Assembly: GCA_024275095.1 (NCBI GenBank)
Contig: JAJRZV010000072.1
Coordinates: 1 to 61,315 of the forward strand
Source of the DNA: a bacterium
Lineage (GTDB): Bacteria > JAJRZV01
DNA: 61,315 nt
Reading direction: 5' to 3'
The notes beneath the pieces are model-generated. The model saw only the letters and a program-made list of their open reading frames with translations. It did no database searches and was not told the origin of the DNA. Numbering within the stretch: the stretch's first letter is position 1; each line of letters begins with the position of its first letter. Both the position numbers and the translations under genes were made by a program. This document shows positions 39,185 through 49,172 of the stretch, one piece after another.

Positions 39185-39185
39185 G

Positions 39186-40223
39186 TTGTCGGCTGCCGGG
39201 ATCAAAATAGCGGTAGATGCTATGGGGAGCGACAACTGGCCGCTCCCTGAAGTGGGTTTTTTGCGCGATGGTGTGCCTGAGAGGGTTCATCCCGTGCTTG
39301 TGGGCAATGAGAGTGTGATTCTGGAACGTGCAGAGGCAGAGGGAATAAACGCAAACCGTTTCAGTATCGTCCACGCCCCTGAAAGAATCGGTATGGATGA
39401 ATCACCTCTCAGCGTGCGCACTCGTAAAGATTCGTCTATTGTTACAGCCCTGAATCTTCTCAAGTCCGGTGAAGTGGATGCTGTGGTATCCGCTGGCAAT
39501 ACAGGTGCTGTTATGGCGGCGGCGGTGTTTATACTGGGCAGGCTGCCGGGAATATCTCGTCCTGCCATAGCAGGATGGATACCTACCACCAGGGGCTTTG
39601 CTCTCGTGCTGGATCTTGGTGCCAATGTTGACTGTCGCAGCGAGCACCTTGTGGATTTTGCTCTTATGGGAGAGGCGTTGTTCAGGATTCTTACAAATTC
39701 TCAAAGTCCCCGTATTGGGCTGTTAAGTAATGGTGAGGAGGATACCAAGGGTAATGCACTGGTAAAAAGCACAAGGGAATTGCTGAAAGCATCTGCTCTC
39801 AATTTCGTGGGTAATGTGGAAGGAAAGGATATTTTCTTTGATAAAGCCGACGTGGTTGTATGCGATGGTTTTGTCGGTAATATCCTGCTCAAAGGATGTG
39901 AAGGACTTGCAGAATTCATGACTTCCTTTATAAAGCAGGAAATTCGCCGCCGCCCCCTTGCTCTCCTGGGAGCCCTGGGGATGCGCGGGGTGTTTAAACG
40001 AATGAAAAGGCGTTTTGACTATGCAGAATACGGGGGTGCCCCGCTCGTAGGTGTGAACGGTATTGTAATTGTTACTCATGGACGCGCAGATGAACGTGCT
40101 GTAAGGAATGCAGTACTCCTGGCACGCAGGCTTGTGGAAGCAGATTACATAGGTCAATTAAAGGAAGCGGTTTCGCGGTACAAATCTGTGTCCCGCCCGT
40201 CGCTTGGAGATGCGGAGGGTTGA
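39186..40223 (+). CDS. plsX: phosphate acyltransferase
   Basis: IAVDAMGSD, SAGNTGA, LDLGAN, DGFVGN..LK, YGGAPL.G. Confidence 0.96.
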   Translation: MSAAGIKIAVDAMGSDNWPLPEVGFLRDGVPERVHPVLVGNESVILERAEAEGINANRFSIVHAPERIGMDESPLSVRTRKDSSIVTALNLLKSGEVDAVVSAGNTGAVMAAAVFILGRLPGISRPAIAGWIPTTRGFALVLDLGANVDCRSEHLVDFALMGEALFRILTNSQSPRIGLLSNGEEDTKGNALVKSTRELLKASALNFVGNVEGKDIFFDKADVVVCDGFVGNILLKGCEGLAEFMTSFIKQEIRRRPLALLGALGMRGVFKRMKRRFDYAEYGGAPLVGVNGIVIVTHGRADERAVRNAVLLARRLVEADYIGQLKEAVSRYKSVSRPSLGDAEG

Positions 40224-40226
40224 AAA

Positions 40227-41201
40227 ATGAGCATTGTTATTCGATCTCTGGGGATAGCCGTTCCTTCACGCGTACTTACCAATGCAGACCTTGAGAAAAT
40301 GGTGGATACCTCCGATGAGTGGATTCGTGAACGCACTGGTATTCGCGAGAGACGTATTTCTGATGAACCACTATCTGTACTTGCTGAGAAAGCAGCGAGG
40401 GAGGCTCTGGAGAACGCATGTGTATCACCAGATGATATAGAGCTTATTCTTATGGCCACTATTACCGGTGATTATCCCCTACCCGCAGCAGCGTGTCTTC
40501 TCCAGGAGCGTCTTGGTATCAAAGAAGTTCCTGCCTTTGATCTGGCAGCTGCATGTTCGGGATTTATTTACGGGCTTGCCGTGGCAGAAGGTCTCAGCGC
40601 GCGGTATTCCACAATTCTTTTTGTTAGTGGAGAAATACTTTCTGCTGTTACAGATTACACGGATCGTTCCACCTGTGTGCTTTTCGGCGACGGTGCAGGC
40701 GCTGCAGTGCTTACAGTAGCAGATGGCAATATCTCACGCAGGGAGCTTGTGGATTATGTGATTTGCGCTGACGGTACGGGCTGGCGGCATATTCATATTC
40801 CGGCTGGAGGATCTGCAGAACCTCCAACAGAGAGAACAATAAGTGAGCGGCTTCATTATATAAAAATGACCGGCAGAGACGTGTTTAAAAACGCTGTAAA
40901 GCGAATGGAAGAGGCCATTGTTGAACTGCTTAAACGCAACAATCTCGATATATCAGGTGTAGACCTCATCGTCCCTCATCAGGCCAACGCCCGAATTATC
41001 CACACCCTCTGCGAAAGACTCGGAGTGGCAAAGGAGAAAACCTACATCAATATAGACCGCTATGGAAATACATCTGCAGCTTCTATTCCTCTTGCGCTTT
41101 ATGAGGCAGAACGAGATGGACTTATCGGTGCCGGTTCGCTGGTTGTTGCTGCGTCTTTTGGAGCAGGTTATACATGGGGAGCAGCACTTTTCAGGTGGTG
41201 A
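40227..41201 (+). CDS. fabH: 3-oxoacyl-ACP synthase III
   Basis: DTSDEWI..RTGI, AACSGF, HQAN, GNTSAAS. Confidence 0.97.
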   Translation: MSIVIRSLGIAVPSRVLTNADLEKMVDTSDEWIRERTGIRERRISDEPLSVLAEKAAREALENACVSPDDIELILMATITGDYPLPAAACLLQERLGIKEVPAFDLAAACSGFIYGLAVAEGLSARYSTILFVSGEILSAVTDYTDRSTCVLFGDGAGAAVLTVADGNISRRELVDYVICADGTGWRHIHIPAGGSAEPPTERTISERLHYIKMTGRDVFKNAVKRMEEAIVELLKRNNLDISGVDLIVPHQANARIIHTLCERLGVAKEKTYINIDRYGNTSAASIPLALYEAERDGLIGAGSLVVAASFGAGYTWGAALFRW

Positions 41202-41204
41202 GTT

Positions 41205-42143
41205 ATGAAGATAGCGTTTCTCTTTCCAGGGCAGGGGTCTCAATATGTGGGAATGGGGAAGTTGCTTTTCAATGCTCTTCCCCGTGCCCGAGAGTTGGTG
41301 GAGGAGGCTTCCGAGGTTATACAGCAGGACCTTATGAAGCTGATGCTTGAAGGGCCTGAAGAGTCACTCACACGTACAGCAATAGCGCAACCGGCCATAC
41401 TCACCCATTCATACGCCCTATTTCAATATATTAAAGAAACTGTAGGCTCTTCTCCCTCTTTTCTGACCGGTCACAGCCTGGGAGAATACACTGCTGCCCT
41501 CGCTGCAGGTGCGATGAATTTTGCAGATGCAGTCAAACTGGTTCATCTGCGCGGCAAATTCATGCAGGAGGCTGTACCCCCCGGTAAGGGGGCCATGGCC
41601 GCGATTATTGGGCTTTCAGGTTCGGAGGTTACGAAAGTTATAAGGGAAGGTAACTTTCACGGTGTGGTGGATGTAGCCAATTTTAACGCACCTGACCAGA
41701 CTGTCATTTCCGGAGAAAAGGAGCCGGTGGAACAGGCGGCCGAAAAGCTGAAAGAAGCTGGTGCACGACGGTGTGTGTTTCTCAATGTATCTGCTCCTTT
41801 TCACTCTTCTCTAATGCAACCTGCTGCTGAGCGCTTGAAACAAGTAATGGATAACCTGGAGATAAATCATCCTGCTTTCACAATTGTTTCCAACGTAACA
41901 TCTCAGCCGGTATTGACTGCAGAGGAATTAAAGGAGATTTTGATAAAGCAGGTTACCTCTCCGGTCAGGTGGGTTGATGTTGTGCGCTTTCTTTACAGTA
42001 ACGGCGTCCGAACATTTGTTGAAATTGGCCCTGGTAAGGTGCTTTCCGGACTCGTGAAAAGAATTTTGAAAGGGCAGGAATTTGAGGTATATAACCTTGA
42101 AGATCCGGAGGATGCAGATAATGTCCTGTCGAAAATATCCTGA
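41205..42143 (+). CDS. fabD: malonyl-CoA:ACP transacylase
   Basis: FPGQGSQ, GHSLGEY, SAPFHS. Confidence 0.97.
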   Translation: MKIAFLFPGQGSQYVGMGKLLFNALPRARELVEEASEVIQQDLMKLMLEGPEESLTRTAIAQPAILTHSYALFQYIKETVGSSPSFLTGHSLGEYTAALAAGAMNFADAVKLVHLRGKFMQEAVPPGKGAMAAIIGLSGSEVTKVIREGNFHGVVDVANFNAPDQTVISGEKEPVEQAAEKLKEAGARRCVFLNVSAPFHSSLMQPAAERLKQVMDNLEINHPAFTIVSNVTSQPVLTAEELKEILIKQVTSPVRWVDVVRFLYSNGVRTFVEIGPGKVLSGLVKRILKGQEFEVYNLEDPEDADNVLSKIS

Positions 42144-42882
42144 GCTGGAAGGGCGAGTTGCCCTTGTTACCGGATCATCCCGGGGGATAGGTCGAGCTAT
42201 TGCTGTTCGCCTTGCAAGAGAAGGCGCAAGAGTGGTTGTAAATTGTCGTAGCAGCACCGGTGCGGCAGAAGCGGTGGTTAGAGAGATAGAAGATGCAGGA
42301 GGTGAGGCCCGGCTATGCGTTTTTGATATTGCGGATGCAGAGGCCGTGAAAGAAGGTATTGAAGAACTTGTGAAGGAGTTGGGAGCAATTCATATTCTTG
42401 TAAATAATGCAGGAGTGACAAGCGATAATTTGTTACTGCGTATGAAGGAGGAGGAATGGGAAAAGGTTGTGAAGATTAATCTTGCAGGTACATTTAACTG
42501 TACAAAGGCTGTACTCAGGGGGATGATAAAACAGCGTTACGGTCGCATTATCAACATTACATCTGTTGTGGGCGAGATGGGCAATGCGGGCCAGGCCAAT
42601 TATGCTGCTTCAAAGGGGGGTATCATTGCTTTTACCAAGTCTGTTGCCCGTGAGGTCGCTTCGCGTAATATTACAGTGAATGCCGTATCACCTGGATTTA
42701 TCACTACCGACATGACAAGCAGTCTTCCCGAAGACGTGAAAAGCAAAATGCTCGAGAGCATCCCTATGGGCCGTTATGGTGAACCGGAAGAAGTTGCGGC
42801 TGTAGTTGCATTTCTTGCCTCGGATGAGGCTTCATACATTACAGGTGAGGTGATACGTATTAACGGTGGACTATACATGTAA
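42121..42882 (+). CDS. fabG: 3-oxoacyl-ACP reductase
   Basis: TGSSRGIG, NNAG, YAASK, PGFITTDM. Confidence 0.97.
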   Translation: MSCRKYPELEGRVALVTGSSRGIGRAIAVRLAREGARVVVNCRSSTGAAEAVVREIEDAGGEARLCVFDIADAEAVKEGIEELVKELGAIHILVNNAGVTSDNLLLRMKEEEWEKVVKINLAGTFNCTKAVLRGMIKQRYGRIINITSVVGEMGNAGQANYAASKGGIIAFTKSVAREVASRNITVNAVSPGFITTDMTSSLPEDVKSKMLESIPMGRYGEPEEVAAVVAFLASDEASYITGEVIRINGGLYM

Positions 42883-42903
42883 TCACATAAAGGAGGTGCA
42901 TGG

Positions 42904-43137
42904 ATGAGCATAGAAGAAAAGGTAATGGACATGATCGCTGAAGAGCTGGGGCTTTCCCGCGAGGAAGTCAAACCTGAGGCCACGTTTATTGAAGACCTCG
43001 GTGCTGATTCCTTGGACGTGGTGGAACTCATCATGAAAATGGAAGAGGAATTCGGGATCAGTATTCCTGACGAGGATGCTGAAAAGATAAAAACGGTTCA
43101 GGATGCTATTGACTATATTAAGTCGAAGGCGGGATGA
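42904..43137 (+). CDS. acpP: acyl carrier protein
   Basis: [12 protein letters not shown]. Confidence 0.98.
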   Translation: MSIEEKVMDMIAEELGLSREEVKPEATFIEDLGADSLDVVELIMKMEEEFGISIPDEDAEKIKTVQDAIDYIKSKAG

Positions 43138-44387
43138 AAGAAGGTCGTCGTGTTGCCATAACGGGTATCGGGATTGTATCTCCAGCCGGTTCCACGCTTG
43201 AAGAATTCTGGAAAGTGATTTCCAGTGGTCGGTCCTGCGTGGGGCCCATTACCCGATTTGATGCAGGTGAGTTCAGGGTAAAGATTGCTGCGGAAGTAAA
43301 AGATTTTGCAATTTCTGAAAAATATCTTGACAGGAAAGAGGCGAGGAGGCTGGACCTCTTCCTCCAGTATGCTATTGTGGCCTCTGGTGAGGCCTTGAAA
43401 GACGCAGGGGTGAAAGGTGATGCTCTTCCCGTTGATTCCGGCCGTGTGGCTGTGGTGATTGGTTCAGGTATTGGTGGGATCAAAACCATTGAGGATAACT
43501 GTCGAATTCTTGTGGAAAGGGGACCATCGCGCGTCTCTCCACATTTCATTCCTTATTCCATTGGCAACATGGCCTCCGGACTTGTTGCAATAAAGTTCGG
43601 TCTTAAAGGACCCAATTTATGTGTGACCACGGCCTGTTCAAGTGGAGCACACGCCGTGGGAGAAGCGGCACGTATGATCAGGCATGGATACGCGGATGCA
43701 GCCCTTGCAGGAGCTTCAGAAGCTGCTATTACGCCTCTTGCCATTGGAGGTTTTGCAGCGATGAGGGCACTTTCAGAGCGCAATGACGAGCCGGAGAAGG
43801 CGTCCAGACCTTTTGACAAACACAGAGACGGTTTTGTGATGGGTGAAGGTGCTGCAGTCTTGTTCATGGAAAGTGAAGATGCTGCCCGGGCCAGGGGCGC
43901 ACGGATATACGCGTTTGTAGAGGGCTATGCTGCCAATGGTGATGCCTTTCACATTACAGCACCGGATGAGACCGGTCGCGGCGCTGCAGAATGCATGCGG
44001 ATGGCTCTGAAGGATGCCGGGATTTCTCCTTCGCAGGTGCAGTACATTAATGCTCACGGGACTTCAACCCCCTTGAACGACAAGATCGAGACCAAAGCCA
44101 TTAAAGATGTGTTCGCAGAACATGCCTACAAACTTGCCGTCAGCTCTACCAAGTCTGTTACAGGACACCTTCTTGGTGCAGCTGGTTCAATAGAAACTGC
44201 GGCAGTAGCACTTGCTCTCTTTCATCAATTTGCTCCACCCACAGCAAACCTGGAAACTCCCGATGAGGAATGTGATCTCGACTACGTGCCACTCAAAGGG
44301 CGAAAATTAAGAATTGAGTATGCACTCAACAACTCGTTCGGATTCGGGGGTACCAACGCTTGTCTGGTTCTTCGCAGAGCTGATTAA
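43134..44387 (+). CDS. fabF: 3-oxoacyl-ACP synthase II
   Basis: [30 protein letters not shown]. Confidence 0.97.
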   Translation: MKEGRRVAITGIGIVSPAGSTLEEFWKVISSGRSCVGPITRFDAGEFRVKIAAEVKDFAISEKYLDRKEARRLDLFLQYAIVASGEALKDAGVKGDALPVDSGRVAVVIGSGIGGIKTIEDNCRILVERGPSRVSPHFIPYSIGNMASGLVAIKFGLKGPNLCVTTACSSGAHAVGEAARMIRHGYADAALAGASEAAITPLAIGGFAAMRALSERNDEPEKASRPFDKHRDGFVMGEGAAVLFMESEDAARARGARIYAFVEGYAANGDAFHITAPDETGRGAAECMRMALKDAGISPSQVQYINAHGTSTPLNDKIETKAIKDVFAEHAYKLAVSSTKSVTGHLLGAAGSIETAAVALALFHQFAPPTANLETPDEECDLDYVPLKGRKLRIEYALNNSFGFGGTNACLVLRRAD

Positions 44388-44388
44388 G

Positions 44389-44412
44389 AACCCTGTGCAA
44401 GTTTTCAGGGTT
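44389..44412. terminator. possible hairpin at the convergence of fabF and the lipoprotein gene
   Basis: AACCCTG-N10-CAGGGTT at the junction of the two convergent genes. Confidence 0.3.
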
Positions 44413-45751
44413 TAATTCCAAGATTTTTCAATGCAGTAAGATACCTATCTTCTGAAGATACGATAATTGCTTCCATGATGTTGTCCTCGTTCGAGGGCAG
44501 ATTGGTCAGTATTTCGTCCAAGCTTAGATTTGTCCAGTAAACGTCAGTTTGATATGCAACAGCTGGAGAAAGACTTGCAATTGGATTGTATGGAATAGGG
44601 ATTTCAGGTTCTTCTGCCGGTGGGCTGATTTCTTCTATGATCCACCAATCCAGTCCCCCTCCTGTAATGTGAAGGATGATGCTGGCGGCTTTTACGGGTG
44701 CGGAGGTGCTCAGCGTGTAGTTTGAGTAATCCATATCTTTGGGTGGTACTTTAAATACGAGTTCCCTGGTAATACTGCTTGATGTTACAGCGGTGGGGTC
44801 TATCTTGGATGCAAGGATAGAGTAGAGCACAATATTGCCGTTCGGCGCGAACTTCAGCACTCCGATCATGCTGAATACAGGATTGAGATTTGACAGAGAG
44901 GCGAAAGCATCCTTTGGCGGCATGCTCAGTTGTACGCTTGCCCCCTGTCCAGAGGTGGAGAGAGGCTGCTCTTCAAATTTGAGATTTACATTTGCCAGTC
45001 CCCTGAGGCTGAGCGTTGTGTAGAAGGTCAATTTTTTTGCACTGGTAGGCGATTCTTTTTCAAGGAAGACATTGTTGCGGAGCACTACGCTGAATTCGTC
45101 GTCCAGCCTGAAGGGGGGAGTGTTCGCCGGCAGACCTTCAGGAGAAACAGATGAATAGTAAGTAAAAAGGTGGGCAGTACCACCCGCCGGTGACCTGGTG
45201 AACGCGATCAGGGCCACGTTGGAGTTTTCCGTGGGATAGAAGTAGCCGGTAATGTATGCAGTGGTACCGAGTGTGTACGAGGTGAGCTGTTCTGAATAGG
45301 GTCCTGGAAGGGTGGATACAAATATCAAGTCGTTGCCTATAGCATTTTTGTCAGCGGTGAGCTTTATGGGAAATGTCAGCACTTTGGGTGAACAGGAAGA
45401 TGTATCAAATCCATAGCGAATGTTGAGCTGTTTTTTTTCGCTGACGATGGTGTAAATCGCTCCATTGGGCGCGGTAAAGCTCAGGGCATAACGTTTAAAG
45501 GAAGATTTAAATTCAGCCAAGCCATTACTATTCGTTGAAGCAGTGCTTGTTTCACCGGATGATGCAGTTTTATAATCCCCCGCAAGAGCCATGTAAAAAG
45601 TGCCCTGTGCAGGCGAATTGCAGTGATCGGAAAGGGTTACTTCCACAGGTAAAGGCAACAAAACATTATCTGGAATTTTCTTTCCGCAAGAATATACAAA
45701 AGCCGTTGTTGAAATAACTACCAGAGCCGTAACAGTTAATCTCTGTTTCAT
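44405..45751 (-). CDS. hypothetical lipoprotein
   Basis: MKQRLTVTALVVISTTAFVYS-C lipoprotein signal; Ser/Thr/Pro-rich beta-type sequence; no family recognised. Confidence 0.7.
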   Translation of the reverse strand: MKQRLTVTALVVISTTAFVYSCGKKIPDNVLLPLPVEVTLSDHCNSPAQGTFYMALAGDYKTASSGETSTASTNSNGLAEFKSSFKRYALSFTAPNGAIYTIVSEKKQLNIRYGFDTSSCSPKVLTFPIKLTADKNAIGNDLIFVSTLPGPYSEQLTSYTLGTTAYITGYFYPTENSNVALIAFTRSPAGGTAHLFTYYSSVSPEGLPANTPPFRLDDEFSVVLRNNVFLEKESPTSAKKLTFYTTLSLRGLANVNLKFEEQPLSTSGQGASVQLSMPPKDAFASLSNLNPVFSMIGVLKFAPNGNIVLYSILASKIDPTAVTSSSITRELVFKVPPKDMDYSNYTLSTSAPVKAASIILHITGGGLDWWIIEEISPPAEEPEIPIPYNPIASLSPAVAYQTDVYWTNLSLDEILTNLPSNEDNIMEAIIVSSEDRYLTALKNLGIKP

Positions 45752-45897
45752 GACTTCATCCTCCCTCAAGTGGTAATGCAAAATATATCTTTCATTCTCC
45801 CATTTTACCGCTTAATGTTCAATCCATAAGAATGTATACCCCTTTAAAGGACTAAGGGGCTTGTGAGATAATCTGGTAGAATGTTTCAGGAGGGTAT

Positions 45898-46965
45898 ATG
45901 AATTTTTTGTCGAACAATTTCAAACGTCTTGTTCACGGTGGTGAGAAGCTGGTTCTTGGTAATCTTGCCCCACCTGTAAGGACTCCTCATCACGTGATTC
46001 ACTGGTGGGGCAAAAACAGGGTGATTCATTTTTTTCCTCTTCAAGAAATTCTTTATCAGGTTCCTCTGGTGATTATTCCACCGTTGATGGTTAAGCCCGA
46101 TATATTTGACCTTCATCCAGGTCATTCAATGGTTGGTTACCTTATAAAAAAGGGTTTTGACGTGTTCCTCGTTGACTTTGGTGTTCCTGACTCGAGTGAT
46201 AAAAACATTACTGTGGACGATTACGTGGATGATTTCATTCGTACGGGAGTAAAGAAAGTAAAGGAATACGCGAGAATGGATAAGGTTTCACTTCTCGGCT
46301 GGAGCATGGGTGGCATCATGATTGTACTTTATACTTCGCTTTATAACGACGACGGACACGTCAAAAATGCGGTGATAATGGGCTCTCCTGTTGATTACAG
46401 CAAAATGTTCCCGATAAACCTTATGGCGAAGGCAGGTGGCATATTTGTTGAGCCTGCCATGAAGGTGATGGGCAATATCCCTGGATTCATGTCTTCACTG
46501 GCCTTTAAGATGTCTTCACCGCTGGGTCGTTTGAGGAGGTACCTTCAGTTGCTTTATCACATGCATGACCGCGAGTGGGTGGAGGCTTATGAAAAGGTGG
46601 AAGAGTGGATTGACGGTTTTATTCCATATCCGGGCGAGGCTTTTAAAAAGTTTGTTCTTGAATTTATCAAAGATGACCGCCTGAAGGATGGCCGGCTTAC
46701 CATTCGGGATAATCCAGTGATTCTCAAACGCTTTAAAGCCAGCCTTCTTATTGTCGCAGGTGATACTGACTGGATTGCTCCGGCCGATTCCTGCACCGCA
46801 CTGGCTGAAATGGTATCCAGTAAGGACATTTCCATACTAAGGGTTCCTCTCGGTCACCTTGGTATGGTGGCAGGACACCGCGCGCCAGAAGAGGTGTGGG
46901 AAAAACTTGTGCTCTGGCTCTCCAGTCGTTCGGGTAAACGCGTGCACAGACAATATGAGGTGTGA
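45898..46965 (+). CDS. PhaC-like alpha/beta hydrolase with a Ser nucleophile
   Basis: IPPLM..P.IFDL.PG.S, VDFGVP, GWSMGG, D.IAP, GHLG. Confidence 0.8.
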   Translation: MNFLSNNFKRLVHGGEKLVLGNLAPPVRTPHHVIHWWGKNRVIHFFPLQEILYQVPLVIIPPLMVKPDIFDLHPGHSMVGYLIKKGFDVFLVDFGVPDSSDKNITVDDYVDDFIRTGVKKVKEYARMDKVSLLGWSMGGIMIVLYTSLYNDDGHVKNAVIMGSPVDYSKMFPINLMAKAGGIFVEPAMKVMGNIPGFMSSLAFKMSSPLGRLRRYLQLLYHMHDREWVEAYEKVEEWIDGFIPYPGEAFKKFVLEFIKDDRLKDGRLTIRDNPVILKRFKASLLIVAGDTDWIAPADSCTALAEMVSSKDISILRVPLGHLGMVAGHRAPEEVWEKLVLWLSSRSGKRVHRQYEV

Positions 46966-47010
46966 CCGGAAGGCAAATCAATATACAGTGTTGTGAAACA
47001 GGGGGGTTGA

Positions 47011-47739
47011 ATGCATGAAAGCGGAGTTAATTTTGCTATAGCGGTGGTGGGTGGCATTTTGTCGTTTCTTTCACCATGCGTTCTTCCGCTGGTTCCAGGT
47101 TATATTTCCTATATAACCGGTATGAGTCTGGAAGAGCTTACGGCATCCGACAGCCGCCATTTTTACATGAAGGTGCTTTACAACAGCGTCGCGTTTGTTG
47201 TCGGTTTTTCAATCGTATTTATAGCGCTTGGAGCCGGAGCCACGTCAATCAGTCGCTTTCTTATACGGCATATGAAACTATTTTCAACTCTCGCCGGAAT
47301 TATTATTTTTATTTTCGGCCTTCATCTTGCCGGTGTAATCACCATACCCTTCCTTCTGCGTGAAAGAAGAGTTCAGTACTCCAGTGTTGGGGCCGGCCTG
47401 GCCGGGTCTTTTCTCATCGGGTTCTTTTTCGCTTTTGGCTGGACCCCCTGCGTTGGTCCCATCCTTGCCGCCATCCTTGCGATGGCAGCACAGGAAGAAA
47501 GCATGTGGAAGGGCATCTGGCTTCTTTCAGCGTATTCGGCCGGTCTTGGTATACCGTTTATTTTCTCAGCTCTGTTTATAAATTCTTTCTTCACGTTTTT
47601 TGAGGGAATAAAGAAACATCTGCGAAAAATAGAAATCGCTTCCGGTGTGCTCCTCATGCTTGTAGGAGTTCTCATGTTTCTTGACAAGATGTCTTTTCTC
47701 GCGCAGCTTTTTTCAAAGTTTATAGGATTTAGAGGATGA
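47011..47739 (+). CDS. ccdA: cytochrome c biogenesis protein CcdA
   Basis: FLSPCVLPLVP.Y and WTPCVGP motifs; about six TM segments. Confidence 0.93.
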   Translation: MHESGVNFAIAVVGGILSFLSPCVLPLVPGYISYITGMSLEELTASDSRHFYMKVLYNSVAFVVGFSIVFIALGAGATSISRFLIRHMKLFSTLAGIIIFIFGLHLAGVITIPFLLRERRVQYSSVGAGLAGSFLIGFFFAFGWTPCVGPILAAILAMAAQEESMWKGIWLLSAYSAGLGIPFIFSALFINSFFTFFEGIKKHLRKIEIASGVLLMLVGVLMFLDKMSFLAQLFSKFIGFRG

Positions 47740-48323
47740 AAGTTGCAGTTTTTATGACCTTGCTGCTGTTGAATACCGGTATAAATTCATGGCACGTTGT
47801 TATTTACGCGTTTGAGGGTACGGATGTGCGGGGTTTTGTGTCGCTTGCGGCTCGAATACAGGAAATTGTGGGACTTCCTGTAGTACTGGGTGAGAGAAAA
47901 CTCCACGTGCCTGCTCGGGCATTTGATTTTCACAGGAAGCAGTACAGGGCCGAGGTCATAGCGCAGGAGCTTGTACGCGTGAAGAAATCCCACCAGCTGG
48001 TTCTCGGTATTGCGAATGTGGATATGTATGTGGAGGATCTCAATTTTGTTTTTGGTCTGGCTCTTCCATCGGCGGGGGTGGCGGTGGTGGCGACACCCCG
48101 GCTGTATCCGGAATTCTACGGTGCCTCTTCGGATCAAGCACTTTTTGAGGAACGGCTTCTTAAAGAATGTGTGCACGAACTTGGACACCTGCTTGGACTT
48201 TCGCACTGTCCTGATGTGAAATGTGTCATGCATTTTTCCAACAGCCTGAAAGACACGGATGTAAAAACTCCTTTCTTTTGCAAATCCTGCAGGGAAAAGC
48301 TGAAATCGCTGCGCATTTTTTGA
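47736..48323 (+). CDS. archaemetzincin family Zn metalloprotease
   Basis: RKQY, LNFVFG, KE..HELGH..GL.HC....CVM.FS...D.K...C..C. Confidence 0.9.
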   Translation: MKVAVFMTLLLLNTGINSWHVVIYAFEGTDVRGFVSLAARIQEIVGLPVVLGERKLHVPARAFDFHRKQYRAEVIAQELVRVKKSHQLVLGIANVDMYVEDLNFVFGLALPSAGVAVVATPRLYPEFYGASSDQALFEERLLKECVHELGHLLGLSHCPDVKCVMHFSNSLKDTDVKTPFFCKSCREKLKSLRIF

Positions 48324-48397
48324 AGGGAGCCGTTATTTTTTCTTGCTTTTGTGTTGAAAGGCCGGCTACCATTAAAAAAAATTATCAAGGGGGTGCC

Positions 48398-48901
48398 ATG
48401 AAAACAATGATAGTTCGTTTTCTGGAAGAAGCTTTTGCGGGGGAGAGTCAGGCACACATGAAGTATCTGGTTTTTGCCCAGCAGGCAGAAAAGGAAGGTT
48501 TTTCGAATGTGGCACGACTTTTCAGAGCCATCGCTTTTGCAGAACAGGTTCACGCGACAAACCATCTCAGAACACTTGGGCTGATTAAAAGGAGCCTTGG
48601 GAATCTGGAGGCGGCTGCAGAGGGAGAGAGTTTTGAGATAGAGGATATGTATCCAGCTTATATTGCCGCAGCGCACGCCCAGGAAGAGCAGAAGGCAGAA
48701 AGAACTTTCAATTATGCACTTGAAGCGGAAAAAATACATTTTCAAATGTATGAAAGAGCTAAGGATCAGGTAATGGAAGGCAAAGACGTTGACATAGGCG
48801 ATATTTATATCTGTGAGCTGTGTGGTTACACTGCCGAAGGGTCTTCTCCTGAGAGGTGTCCCGTCTGCGGAGCGACCAGGAAAAAGTTCAGAAAATTTTA
48901 G
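48398..48901 (+). CDS. rubrerythrin family protein
   Basis: AFAGESQA, E..HA, GE.FE...MYP, EK.H; C-terminal CxxCG...CPxC rubredoxin domain. Confidence 0.93.
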   Translation: MKTMIVRFLEEAFAGESQAHMKYLVFAQQAEKEGFSNVARLFRAIAFAEQVHATNHLRTLGLIKRSLGNLEAAAEGESFEIEDMYPAYIAAAHAQEEQKAERTFNYALEAEKIHFQMYERAKDQVMEGKDVDIGDIYICELCGYTAEGSSPERCPVCGATRKKFRKF

Positions 48902-49172
48902 AGGGCTATAACAATGGACGGGTACAGGTGTACTTTTATAATATTATATTTACGACCCGGAAAAGGGTGACCCTGGCCCATCTTCTACAGTTGCATTCCA
49001 AAAGTTTTTACAAATCAATGTGTTATGAGTACACGATTTCCTTTTGGCACCACAGTTCTCTGTGCGGGAAAGAACGGGTGTTTATTTAGTTTTCTTTCTC
49101 CAGAGGTATTAAAGAAGATGGCGGTGTCACTCCCACAGCAGTGAATGCGTTGGCCCAGGAAAGATATCTTAC

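Noticed and set aside
48930-48957. TATAATATTATA palindrome as a dif site
   Set aside because: The spacing does not fit ATAA-N6-TTAT.
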